Assembly: GCA_945898215.1 (NCBI GenBank)
Contig: CAMDHY010000004.1
Coordinates: 46,331-78,330, forward strand
From: Pseudoxanthobacter soli DSM 19599
GTDB taxonomy: Bacteria > Pseudomonadota > Alphaproteobacteria > Rhizobiales > Segnochrobactraceae
DNA length: 32,000 bases
Direction: 5' to 3'
Of this stretch, positions 1-8,802 are shown piece after piece. Every line of letters starts with the position of its first letter. Positions within the stretch are counted from its first letter, which is position 1. Position numbers and translations under genes: made by a program. A model generated the notes under the pieces. It saw only the letters and a list, made by a program, of their open reading frames with translations. It had not been told where the DNA came from and searched no databases.

Positions 1-14
1 CGGCCGGCGACGGG

Positions 15-1652
15 ATGGCCGACGTGGTCTTCAAGAACGGCAGGATCTACACCGTCGATGCGAACCGCTCCGTCCAGCAGGCTCTCGCGGTCACCGGCAA
101 CACGATCAGCGCCGTCGGCCGTGACTCTGAAGTCGAGGCCTTCGTCGGGCCGGATACACAGGTGATCGACCTCGGTGGCAAGTTCGTCATGCCGGGCATG
201 ATCGATACCCACTCGCACCCGATTTTCGGAGCGGTCAACGCCGCCAAGTGTTCGCTTGCCGACGTGCCGGCCACCCTCGCCGCGATCGGCCCCGTCATCC
301 GACAGTGCCTCGCCGACCGCCCCGACACCGGAGATGGCTGGCTCGAGGTGGTGCAGCTCTATAACTACGGCTTCGAGGCCACCGCGAAGGATTTCGACGG
401 CATCGAGCCGACGCGCCCGCTCGCCGTCGTCGGCAACGACGGCCACACGCTCTGGGCCAACACGCGGGCGATGGAGGTTGCCGGCATCACGGCCGCGACC
501 GCCGATCCCCCCGGCGGCAAGATCGTCCGCGACGCCGCCGGCAATCCGACGGGCGCCTTCGCCGACACGGCGATGGCGCTCATCCAGGACAACATCCCGA
601 CCCCCTCCATCGCCGGCGCGGCGGCGATGACCGAGGCGGCGCTCGCCGGAATGATGGCGACCGGCCTGACGTCGGTCACCGACGCCTACGTCACCCGCCG
701 GGAGGCACCGGTCTGGCAGTTCCTGCAAAGCACCGGGCGCCTGAAGATGCGCGTCCGCGCCGCGATCTATCTCGAGGACCTCGAGGACGACGGCGACGCG
801 AAGATCGGGATGATCGCCGCAATGGCGAAGGCCGGCTCCACCAATGCCGATTTCCTGCGCATGGACAGCGTCAAGATCTTCGCCGACGGCGTCATGGAGG
901 CGCCGACGCAGACCGCCGCGCTGCTCGCCCCCTATCTCGACGCAACCGGCAGGCCGACCGGCAACAGCGGCGAGCTCTACTTCGACCAGGCCAAGATGGA
1001 TTCGATCGTCACGAAGCTCGACGCAGCCGGCCTCACTGTGCATGTCCACGCCATCGGCGACCGCGCTGTCCGCGCCAGCCTCGACGCCTTCGAGGCGGCG
1101 TTCGACGCGAATGGCGCGACCGACAACCGCCACCAGATCGCCCACCTGCAGCTCGTCGATCCGGCCGACTTCCCGCGCTTCGCCGAGCTCGGCGTGATCG
1201 CGAACTTCCAGCTCGACTGGGCGAAGCGCGACGCCTCCAATGTCGGGCCGATCGAGCCCTATCTCGGGCCCGAGCGCTACCGCTGGCTCTACCCGGCCGG
1301 CAGCCTGAAGCGGGCCGGCGCGACGATCGCCGGTGGCAGCGACTGGGACGTCTCCTCCTACGATCCGTTCCACGCGATGGAGCACGGCATCACGCGCGTC
1401 GAGCGCGGCTCCGGCCTGCCGCCGCTCGGGGAGGGCGAGGGCCTGACGATCGCCGACGTCATCGACGCGTACACGATCAACGCCGCGTTCGCCTCCCGCC
1501 AGGAGAAGACCACCGGCAGCCTGGAGGTCGGCAAGCGCGCCGACCTCGTCGTGCTCGACCGCGACATCACCGCGATCGACCCCGCGACGATCGACGACAC
1601 CGAGGTTCTGGCGACTTGGATCGACGGCAAGCTGGTGTACGAAAAGAAGTGA
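15..1652 (+). CDS. amidohydrolase-family metal-dependent hydrolase (amidohydrolase 3 / YtcJ-like)
   Basis: 545-aa ORF with an ATG start. It has an N-terminal MPGMIDTHSHP motif (HxH metal site), an internal HVHAIGDRAV and a C-terminal GSLEVGKRADLVVLD, all typical of this family. Third codon positions are GC-rich. Confidence 0.85.
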   Translation: MADVVFKNGRIYTVDANRSVQQALAVTGNTISAVGRDSEVEAFVGPDTQVIDLGGKFVMPGMIDTHSHPIFGAVNAAKCSLADVPATLAAIGPVIRQCLADRPDTGDGWLEVVQLYNYGFEATAKDFDGIEPTRPLAVVGNDGHTLWANTRAMEVAGITAATADPPGGKIVRDAAGNPTGAFADTAMALIQDNIPTPSIAGAAAMTEAALAGMMATGLTSVTDAYVTRREAPVWQFLQSTGRLKMRVRAAIYLEDLEDDGDAKIGMIAAMAKAGSTNADFLRMDSVKIFADGVMEAPTQTAALLAPYLDATGRPTGNSGELYFDQAKMDSIVTKLDAAGLTVHVHAIGDRAVRASLDAFEAAFDANGATDNRHQIAHLQLVDPADFPRFAELGVIANFQLDWAKRDASNVGPIEPYLGPERYRWLYPAGSLKRAGATIAGGSDWDVSSYDPFHAMEHGITRVERGSGLPPLGEGEGLTIADVIDAYTINAAFASRQEKTTGSLEVGKRADLVVLDRDITAIDPATIDDTEVLATWIDGKLVYEKK

Positions 1653-1660
1653 GCGGAGGC

Positions 1661-1842
1661 CCTTCCCTTCTCCCGGCCACAGGCGGGGAGAAGGTGGCGC
1701 GCAGCGCCGGATGAGGGCTGCGCGGCGCAGCCGCGCGGTGTTTCAGCGAGCCTCAGCGTTTCAGCGAGCCTCAGCGCCCCGCGCGCTTTGCGCGCGCCCT
1801 TATCCGCCCTTCGGGCACCTTCTCCCGCTCCGCGGGAGAAGG
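1661..1842. repeat. nested-palindrome intergenic repeat element, family A, copy 1 (REP/MITE-like)
   Basis: Sits between two convergent genes. Left hairpin is CTTCTCCCGG..CGGGGAGAAG, then the arm GGTG..CGGATGAGGGC, then a central GCGGC-GCA-GCCGC hairpin. The inverted arm GCCCTTATCCGCCCTTCGGGCACC follows, then the right hairpin TTCTCCCG..CGGGAGAA. The same architecture recurs at 19714-19877 and 28631-28786. This copy also carries an internal perfect 18-bp tandem duplication, tttcagcgagcctcagcg, at 1741-1758 and 1759-1776. Confidence 0.75.
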
Positions 1843-1856
1843 AAGACGCCGCTCCC

Positions 1857-3059
1857 TCACCCCGTGATGAACACCTCGCCCTTCGGAATCCCATCGAACG
1901 CCGTCTCCGGCACCGAGAAGTTGTTGGCGAGCAGCGACTTCGGGTTCGACGCCAGCCACTGCGTCACCGAGATCTCCTCGTAGGTGCCGCTGTTCAGCAC
2001 GATCAGGAGCTGGAGCTCGTCGTCGCCGACGTTCTCGATGTAGTGGCCGCAGCCGCGCGGCGCGTAGCCGACGTCGTACTTGCCGAAGCGGTCGGTGGTC
2101 GCCCGCCCGGCCGAGCCGAACACCGTCATCTGGCCCGTGCCGGCGAGATAAAGCTGCCACTCGTCGGCGTTCGGATGCCAGTGCATCTCGCGCAGCGCCC
2201 CGGGCTTCAGCGTGATCAGGGCCCCGGCCATCGAGTCCGAAATCGGAAACTCCTTCTGCGAGACAAGGCGGATCGTGCCGCCGCCATAGGTGCGGGGCTC
2301 CTGGGCGAGCAGGTGGTAGCCGTGCGTCAGCGGCGGGGTGTCGAGCGTCCCCGGCGCCGGCGGCCACGGTATCGGCCCCGGCACCGCGCCGAGCGAGATG
2401 TAGGCCTCCTGCTTCGGGAAGTCGGCGAAGGTCGAGACCGGCACGCCGAGGTTCTTCGCCAGCACGTCGAGCGGCGTGTGGGCGAACCAGTCGGTGATCG
2501 AGAAGGTGGCAAACTCGGAAAACGTGCCGTCGTTGAAGACGAGCACGAAGGTGGTGCCGTTCGGCCCGAGCCCCTCGATCGAGTGGCCGTGTCCGCGCGG
2601 GAAGAACCAGACGTCGCCGGCGGAAAGCGTCAGGACTTCCGACTTGCCGCTGGGGTCGATGACGGTGATGCGGCAGTTGCCGTCGATGACGTAGGCCCAC
2701 TCCGCCGCGTTCGCGTGCCAGTGCAGTTCCCGCAGGCCGCCCGGCTTCAACTCCATCAGCACGCCGGCGAAGGCGACCGAGGACGGGAAGTTCTGGGCGT
2801 TGACCTCCTTGCCCCACCCGCCCGGATACTGCTTCTGGGCGGTGATCGAACCGAGCGGAAACCGGAAGGAGCGAAACGGCGCCGACTTGCCGAGAATCTC
2901 CTCCGGCGGGAGCGTCGCCGCAGCCTCGCCGCTCGACTGCGCCGCCGCGGTGTTCGCGAGCATGGCGAGCCCGCCGGCAAGCGCCGCCCCTCCACCGATA
3001 ACGCCCCGGCGCGAAAACTCCGTCATCGTCGATCCCCCGATCGCTGGTCTTGCAGACAT
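1857..3059 (-). CDS. bicupin, oxalate decarboxylase family, Tat-exported
   Basis: 400-aa ORF with two cupin motifs, LRELHWHANAAEWAYVIDG and LREMHWHPNADEWQLYLAG. The N-terminus carries a twin-arginine signal (FSRRGVIGGGAALAGGLAMLANTAAAQ). An alternative start at the ATG at 3026 (MTEFSRRG) is possible. Confidence 0.85.
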   Translation of the reverse strand: MSARPAIGGSTMTEFSRRGVIGGGAALAGGLAMLANTAAAQSSGEAAATLPPEEILGKSAPFRSFRFPLGSITAQKQYPGGWGKEVNAQNFPSSVAFAGVLMELKPGGLRELHWHANAAEWAYVIDGNCRITVIDPSGKSEVLTLSAGDVWFFPRGHGHSIEGLGPNGTTFVLVFNDGTFSEFATFSITDWFAHTPLDVLAKNLGVPVSTFADFPKQEAYISLGAVPGPIPWPPAPGTLDTPPLTHGYHLLAQEPRTYGGGTIRLVSQKEFPISDSMAGALITLKPGALREMHWHPNADEWQLYLAGTGQMTVFGSAGRATTDRFGKYDVGYAPRGCGHYIENVGDDELQLLIVLNSGTYEEISVTQWLASNPKSLLANNFSVPETAFDGIPKGEVFITG

Positions 3060-3209
3060 TGCCCCCGCTCCATCCTGTCGGGAAGCCGCGACGGCCGCAA
3101 GCAGGAGCGACGTGGTCGGTGAAGACCCCGGCTTGCGTCGTCAGGCTGAAGTCTGTCGCGAGGTCCCACCCACCCCTCGAGGGGCGGTTGGGTGCCGGCG
3201 GCCGGCTCG

Positions 3210-6200
3210 CTACCCCGCCACCGGCCCGACGATCCGCTCGAAGCTCGCCCGCACCGCCTGCTGCGTCTCGGCGAGGTGCGCCTCGAGGCCGCCGAAGTCC
3301 GGCATCTCCGCCGCCCGCGCCATCGCCGCGAGTACGCCGCCGGGCGCCTCCGCGGCCACGAAGCGGCCGTCGACGGCGAGCCGCAGCACCTGCGTCAGCG
3401 CCTGATACAGCCGGATCGCCGGCCGCAGCACCGCGGCGTCCTCGCCCGCCAGAAGCCCGACCTCGGCGAGGCGGGCGAGGGCCGTCTCCGTCGTCGTCGA
3501 CAGCACGTCGTCCCGCTCGGCCCCATGCGCCAGCATCAGCGCCTGCGCCACGAACTCCACGTCGATCAGCCCGCCCGCCACCTGCTTGAGATCGAAGGGG
3601 TCCTTCGTCCCCTTGTCGCGCTCAATCCGGCTGCGCATCGAGGCCACGTCGGCGAATAGCGCCGCCCGGTCGCGCGGCTTCGTCAGCACGGCGCGGATCA
3701 TCGCCTCCGCCCGTTCGCCCAGGGCGGGATCGCCGGCGATTGCCCGCGCCCGCGTCAGCGCCATGTGCTCCCACGTCCACGCGTCCTTCGCCTGGTAGCT
3801 CTCGAAGGCGTCGAGGCGGGTGGCGAGCGGCCCGGCATTGCCGGAGGGGCGCAGCCGGAAGTCGACCTCGTAGAGCTTGCCCTCCCCCGTCGGCGCCGAC
3901 AGCGCCGCCACGAGGCGCTGCGTCAGCCGCGCATAGTACTGGCTCGGCGCGAGCGGCCTCTCGCCGTCCGACGCCTCGATGTCGGCCGGGTGGTCGTAGA
4001 GCAGGATCAGATCGAGGTCGGAGGCAGCCGTCATCTCGCGCCCGCCGAGCTTGCCGAGCGCCAGCACCGCCGCCGTGCCGCCGGGCACCTTGCCGTGGCG
4101 GACGGCGAACTCCGCCTCGACGACGCGCAGCAGCCGCTGCACCAACGCGTCGGCGAGCGTCGCGAATCCCGCCCCGGCCTGGCCACACTCCACCGTACCG
4201 GTCAGCACCCGCACGCCGATGAGGAAGGCCTGCTCCTGTCCGAAGATGCGCGCCCGGTCGAGTGCCTCCTCGTAGGAGCGCGCCTCGGCGAGGAAGACGT
4301 CGAGACGGGCGGCGAGCTCCTTGCGCTTCGGCAGCGCTCCGAAGAACAAGGGGTCGAGCAGCGCATCGAGCACCCGCGGCCGCCGCGTCAGGATGGCGGC
4401 GAGCCGCGGTGCGGCCCCCATGACCAGCGCGATGAGGTCGAGCAGTCCGGGATTGGAGCGCAGCAGCGAGAAGATCTGCACGCCCGCCGGCAGCTGCGCG
4501 ACGAAGCGGTCGAAGGCGGCAAACGTCGCGTCGGCATTGTCGAGCCGGCCGAGGGTGGTGAGCAGCGCCGGCGTGATCTCGGTCAGCCGCTCGCGCGCCT
4601 TCGTCGAGCGCGTCGCCGCATAGCGGCCGAAGTGCCAGGCGCGGATCGCCCGCGTCACCTCCTGCGGTGCCTTGAAGCCGAGGCGGGAGAGCGTCTCGAG
4701 CGTGTCGGGGTCGTCGTCGCCGCCGGTGAAGACGAGGCTGCCGGTGTCTGCGCCGAGGGTCGGAGCGTCTTCGAACAGCCGGGCATAGTGCTTCTGGACG
4801 CGCTCGAGGTGCACCCTCAACGTCGCCTCGAAGGCGGAAAGGTCGGCAAAGCCCATCAGCCGGGCGATCGTCTCGAGCCTGTCGCGGTCGGCCGGCAGCA
4901 CGTGCGTCTGCTCGTCCCGCCGCACCTGCAGGCGGTGCTCGACGCATCGCAGGAACACGTAAGCCGCGTCGAGCTGGTCGCGCACCCGCTCCTCGATCCA
5001 GCCGAGGTCGTGGAGCACCCGCAGCATCTCGCGCGTCGAGCGCCCGCGCAGCCGCGGCTCGCGGCCGCCGGCGATCAGCTGCTGCGTCTGCACGAAGAAC
5101 TCGATCTCGCGGATGCCGCCGCGGCCGAGCTTGATGTTGTGGCCGGCCACCGCGATCGTGCCGTGCCCCTTCACCGCGTGGATCTGCCGCTTGATCGAGT
5201 GGACGTCGGCGATCGCCGCGTAGTCGAAGGACTTGCGCCAGATGAACGGCGCGATCTCGGCGAGGAACTGGTCGCCCGCGGCGATGTCGCCGGCGCAGGC
5301 GCGCGCCTTGATCAGCGCCGCCCGCTCCCAGTTCTGCCCCATGCTCTCATAGTAGACGAGCGCCGCCGGCACCGAGAGCGCCACCGCCGTCGCCCCCGGA
5401 TCGGGGCGCAGGCGCAGGTCGAGGCGGAAGACGTAGCCGTCCGGCGTGCGCTCCTGCAGGATCTTCACGAGCCGCTGGGTCATCCGCACGAACAGCCGCG
5501 CCGCCTCGTCGGGATCGGCGAGCACCGGCCGCTCGGGATCGAACAGCACGATGAGGTCGACGTCGCTCGAGTAGTTGAGCTCGCGCGCCCCGCCCTTCCC
5601 CATCGACAGGAGGATCCAGCCCGACCGCTCGGACGGATCGTCGGGCGTCGCGAGCGTCAGCTTGCCGGTGCGGTCGGCCTCGCGCAGCAGGTGGTTCACG
5701 GCCGCCGATATCGCCGCATCAGCGAAGTCGCTCAGGCCCGCCGTCACCCGGTCGACGTCCCAGGCGCCGCCGAGGTCGGCGAGGCCGACGGTCAGCGCGA
5801 TGTCCTGCTTGAGACGGCGCAGGTGGCGCATCAGCGCCGCCTCGTCCGCCTGACGCTCGCCGGCCGCCGCAACGAGCCCGGCCACCCGTGCGTCCGGCTC
5901 GTCGGCGAGAATCGCCTGCAGCCGCATCGGATCGAGCATCGCGAGGTCGCGCAGGAACGGCGCCTGCGACAGCACGGTGGCGAGGAAGTCCGCAACAGGG
6001 CCGGGCTGAGCGAGGGTTTCCGCGAGACCGGCCGCGCCGGCGGATCGGGCCGCAACGAGAAGATCGGCGCGCGCAGCATCCGCTGCCGTCACATCGGCGG
6101 CCGGCAGGGTCGTGAGACGGGAGGCCAGGCTGCTCGCGGCCGGCATCGAGGCCCCGTCGTGCCCGCCGGCTTCGGGTCCACCGTTCCCGGGTCGGCTCGT

Positions 6201-6212
6201 CCCGTCCTGCAT
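3210..6212 (-). CDS. glnE: bifunctional glutamine synthetase adenylyltransferase / adenylyl-removing enzyme
   Basis: 1000-aa ORF with two nucleotidyltransferase modules (SMGKGGARELNYSSDVDLIVLF and LGKLGGREMTAASDLDLILLY). Size and two-domain layout are characteristic of GlnE. The start could instead be the internal ATG at aa 23. Confidence 0.93.
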   Translation of the reverse strand: MQDGTSRPGNGGPEAGGHDGASMPAASSLASRLTTLPAADVTAADAARADLLVAARSAGAAGLAETLAQPGPVADFLATVLSQAPFLRDLAMLDPMRLQAILADEPDARVAGLVAAAGERQADEAALMRHLRRLKQDIALTVGLADLGGAWDVDRVTAGLSDFADAAISAAVNHLLREADRTGKLTLATPDDPSERSGWILLSMGKGGARELNYSSDVDLIVLFDPERPVLADPDEAARLFVRMTQRLVKILQERTPDGYVFRLDLRLRPDPGATAVALSVPAALVYYESMGQNWERAALIKARACAGDIAAGDQFLAEIAPFIWRKSFDYAAIADVHSIKRQIHAVKGHGTIAVAGHNIKLGRGGIREIEFFVQTQQLIAGGREPRLRGRSTREMLRVLHDLGWIEERVRDQLDAAYVFLRCVEHRLQVRRDEQTHVLPADRDRLETIARLMGFADLSAFEATLRVHLERVQKHYARLFEDAPTLGADTGSLVFTGGDDDPDTLETLSRLGFKAPQEVTRAIRAWHFGRYAATRSTKARERLTEITPALLTTLGRLDNADATFAAFDRFVAQLPAGVQIFSLLRSNPGLLDLIALVMGAAPRLAAILTRRPRVLDALLDPLFFGALPKRKELAARLDVFLAEARSYEEALDRARIFGQEQAFLIGVRVLTGTVECGQAGAGFATLADALVQRLLRVVEAEFAVRHGKVPGGTAAVLALGKLGGREMTAASDLDLILLYDHPADIEASDGERPLAPSQYYARLTQRLVAALSAPTGEGKLYEVDFRLRPSGNAGPLATRLDAFESYQAKDAWTWEHMALTRARAIAGDPALGERAEAMIRAVLTKPRDRAALFADVASMRSRIERDKGTKDPFDLKQVAGGLIDVEFVAQALMLAHGAERDDVLSTTTETALARLAEVGLLAGEDAAVLRPAIRLYQALTQVLRLAVDGRFVAAEAPGGVLAAMARAAEMPDFGGLEAHLAETQQAVRASFERIVGPVAG

Positions 6213-6240
6213 TCCGCCCTCGCCGCCTGCCGTTGACCGG

Positions 6241-7659
6241 CTATTTCGCCCCGGCGGCGCCGCGTGGCAGGCGGAGCTCGGCGACGAGCCCCGGCGCCGC
6301 GTCGCCGCGCATCAGCGTTCCCTTGTGCAGGCTGGCGACCGCCTGCACAAGGCTCAAGCCCAGCCCCGACCCCGGCGCCGTCCGGCTGCCTTCGAGGCGC
6401 ACGAAGCGCTGGGTGACGCGGCCGCGATCGGCTTCGGGGACGCCCGGACCGTTGTCGGCGACCGCGATCACCGCCTCTTCGCCGTCGTGGGTGACGGTCA
6501 GCGACACCCGCTGTGATCGGTCCGCCGGGCGCCCGTATTTCAGCGCGTTGTCGACGAGATTGGCGACCGCCTGGGCGATGAGATCGCGGTCGCCCGCCAC
6601 CACCACCGCCTCCGGCACTGCCACCGCCAGCGTCGCCTCCTGCTCCTCGGCGACCGGCTCGTAGAGCTCGGCGACCTCGCGGGCGATCTCGGCCACGTCG
6701 ACCGGCTGCGTGCGCACGCCCGCCGATCCGGCCTCGACGCGGGCGATGCGCAACAGCGCCTCGAAGGTGCGGATGAGCCCGTCGCAGTCCTCGAGCGTCG
6801 CCCCGAGCGCCTCGCGCGACGCTTCGCCGACGGCCGGGTCGCCGAGCGCCTGCTCGACACGCATGCGCATGCGCGTCAGCGGCGTCTTGAGGTCGTGGGC
6901 GATGTTGTCGGAGACCTCCTTCAGCCCGTGCATCAGCTGCTCGATGCGGTCGAGCATGGCGTTGAGGCTTTCCGCCAGACGGTCGAACTCGTCGCCCGAG
7001 CCGTCGACCTTCAGCCGCCCGCCGAGGTCGCCGCCCATGATCTGCTTGGTCGTCGCGCTCACCGCGTCGATGCGCTTCAGCACCCGCCGGCTCACGAACA
7101 GCCAGGTGACGAGCCCGAGCAGCAGCACCGCGCCGATCGACAGCTTCACCGCCCGCCAGACGACGTCGCGGAACTGCTCGCGCTCGGCGAGGTCTCGCCC
7201 GACCAGCAGCCGGAAGCCGCCGGGCAGCACGAACACCCTGACCAGCGCCTTGTGGCTCGCGACCGCCGGCTGCTCGTCGCCGAGATCGGTGGCGAGCCGC
7301 CGGTAGGGCACCGGGCGCGCGATGCCGTCGGCGGAGCTGAGCACAGCCGAAGGCACGTCCGAGACGTTGCCGGCGATGACGTTGCCGGAGAAGTCGGTCA
7401 GCAGATAGAGGCTCGCGCCCGGCATCTTGCTGCGCGCCTCGACGACGCGGATCAGCCGGCTGACGCCACCCGTGCGGTACTGCTCGGCGAGGCCCTGGAT
7501 CTCGGCGTCGATGGTGTCCTGCAGCTGCCGCGACAGGAGGTCGTTCGTCGTGTCGGCGATCGAGACGATGAGGAACAGCGACAGCGCCGCGAACACGGCG
7601 AGGTAGATCAGCGACAGCTTGAACGCTGTCGTGCGGACAAACCGTCCGAGCCCCCTCAC
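6241..7659 (-). CDS. sensor histidine kinase (2 TM, HAMP, HisKA, HATPase_c), partner of the regulator at 7681-8370
   Basis: 472 aa. It has an N-terminal TM helix (LIYLAVFAALSLFLIVSI) and a second TM helix followed by a HAMP domain. The H-box is SDNIAHDLKTPLTRM and the ATPase motifs are DNGPGVPE and GSGLGLSLV. It lies 21 bp downstream of the regulator gene. Confidence 0.9.
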   Translation of the reverse strand: MRGLGRFVRTTAFKLSLIYLAVFAALSLFLIVSIADTTNDLLSRQLQDTIDAEIQGLAEQYRTGGVSRLIRVVEARSKMPGASLYLLTDFSGNVIAGNVSDVPSAVLSSADGIARPVPYRRLATDLGDEQPAVASHKALVRVFVLPGGFRLLVGRDLAEREQFRDVVWRAVKLSIGAVLLLGLVTWLFVSRRVLKRIDAVSATTKQIMGGDLGGRLKVDGSGDEFDRLAESLNAMLDRIEQLMHGLKEVSDNIAHDLKTPLTRMRMRVEQALGDPAVGEASREALGATLEDCDGLIRTFEALLRIARVEAGSAGVRTQPVDVAEIAREVAELYEPVAEEQEATLAVAVPEAVVVAGDRDLIAQAVANLVDNALKYGRPADRSQRVSLTVTHDGEEAVIAVADNGPGVPEADRGRVTQRFVRLEGSRTAPGSGLGLSLVQAVASLHKGTLMRGDAAPGLVAELRLPRGAAGAK

Positions 7660-7680
7660 CGCATCACCATCGCGAGCGCC

Positions 7681-8370
7681 TCACGCCGGCCGCGGCTGGC
7701 CGGCGCGGATCATGTAGCCGGCGCCGCGCACGGTGTGCAGCAACGGCGGGTCGAAGCCCTTGTCGATCTTCGAGCGCAGCCTGGAGATGTGCACGTCGAT
7801 GACGTTGGTCTGCGGGTCGAAGTGGTAGTCCCAGACGTTCTCGAGCAGCATCGTCCGCGTCACCACCTGCCCGGCGTTCTTCATCAGGTATTCGAGCAGG
7901 CGGAACTCGCGCGGCTGCAGCGGCACGTCCTTGCCCGCCCGCGTCACCGTGTGGGACAGCCGGTCGAGCTCGAGGTCGCCGACCCGGTAGAGCGTCTCGA
8001 CGTCGCTCGGCCGGCGCCGCCGCGCCAGCGCCTCGACCCGGGCGAGAAGCTCGGCGAAGGCATAGGGCTTGGCGAGATAGTCGTCGCCGCCGGCCCGCAG
8101 GCCGGTGACGCGGTCGTCGACCTGGCCGAGCGCCGAGAGGATCAGCACCGGCGTCTGGTCGTCGCGCTTGCGCATGCCCTCGACGATCGACAGCCCGTCG
8201 CGGCGCGGCAGCATGCGGTCGATGACGACGACGTCATAGCCGCCCGCCTCCACCGCCGCGGCACCGTCCTCGCCGTCGGCGGCGTGCTCGGCGACGTGAC
8301 CGGCCTCCTTGAGGCCCCGCAACATGTAGGCCGCCGCCTCGCGGTCGTCCTCGATCAGCAGAATCCGCAT
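7681..8370 (-). CDS. OmpR/PhoB-family DNA-binding response regulator
   Basis: The receiver domain starts at MRILLIEDDREAA (ATG at 8370) and the C-terminus is a winged helix (TVRGAGYMI). The ORF track extends to 8643, but that 91-aa extension has no receiver-domain similarity. Confidence 0.88.
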   Translation of the reverse strand: MRILLIEDDREAAAYMLRGLKEAGHVAEHAADGEDGAAAVEAGGYDVVVIDRMLPRRDGLSIVEGMRKRDDQTPVLILSALGQVDDRVTGLRAGGDDYLAKPYAFAELLARVEALARRRRPSDVETLYRVGDLELDRLSHTVTRAGKDVPLQPREFRLLEYLMKNAGQVVTRTMLLENVWDYHFDPQTNVIDVHISRLRSKIDKGFDPPLLHTVRGAGYMIRAGQPRPA

Positions 8371-8621
8371 CGCCGAACCATGCCCGCCCTCGCGCCCGTC
8401 GCCAAGCGCCACGTTTCGAAACGCCGTGTCGCGGACGGCGCCCGGCACCACCGCTGCAGCCGCGCGAGACTCCGTCAGGGCGACCGCGTTGCGCTCGAAG
8501 GGGCGGAAGCCGTCGAGTGCCTCGGCGGGCGCTGGCGATCCGGAGAAGAGCTGGAATTGCGAGAAGGGGAAGGAGGGCATGGCGCCGCGCGCCTCGGCTG
8601 GACGCCCGTCTTGAAAGGGAC

Positions 8622-8653
8622 GGGACGGCAGGTGGATGTCCACCTGCCGTCCC
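8622..8653. repeat. perfect 15+15 bp inverted repeat (GGGACGGCAGGTGGA tg TCCACCTGCCGTCCC)
   Basis: Read directly from the sequence. It lies in the 432-bp degP / response-regulator intergenic region, about 250 bp upstream of the regulator start. It could be an operator or a stem-loop; the function is unknown. Confidence 0.6.
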
Positions 8654-8704
8654 TCGGCGTCGGATCGGCGGGGGCGACGGGAGCCTCACCGACACCTTCT
8701 CGAA

Positions 8705-8792
8705 GGGGCGCCTCGAACGGCGCCCCGATCTGGTCTCACGCGGCGCCGCGAACGGCGCCCGGATCTCGTCTCACGCGGCGCCCTCTGGCGCC
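8705..8792. repeat. three tandem GGCGCC-stem hairpins, including a 33-bp unit repeated twice, immediately downstream of degP
   Basis: Hairpins are at 8705-8726 (GGGGCGCC tcgaac GGCGCCCC), 8742-8759 (GGCGCC gcgaac GGCGCC) and 8777-8792 (GGCGCC ctct GGCGCC). The 33-bp unit at 8715-8747 is repeated at 8750-8782 with 2 mismatches. No T-run follows, so this is not a canonical intrinsic terminator. Confidence 0.6.
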
Positions 8793-8802
8793 GCGATCCG
8801 CG

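Noticed and set aside
3165-3200. Imperfect hairpin (CACCCA-CCCC tcga GGGG-cggt-TGGGTG) just downstream of glnE as a terminator.
   Set aside because: The stem is interrupted by a bulge and has no U-tract on the minus strand. It is too weak to call as a feature.
8371-8643. 91-aa N-terminal extension of the first response regulator (ORF track start 8643; internal ATG at 8580).
   Set aside because: There is no similarity to receiver domains and no RBS at either ATG. Canonical regulators begin at the MRILLIEDD-type motif found at 8370. GC3 over 8371-8580 is fairly high (about 83% by hand count), so a leader peptide or extension is not fully excluded.
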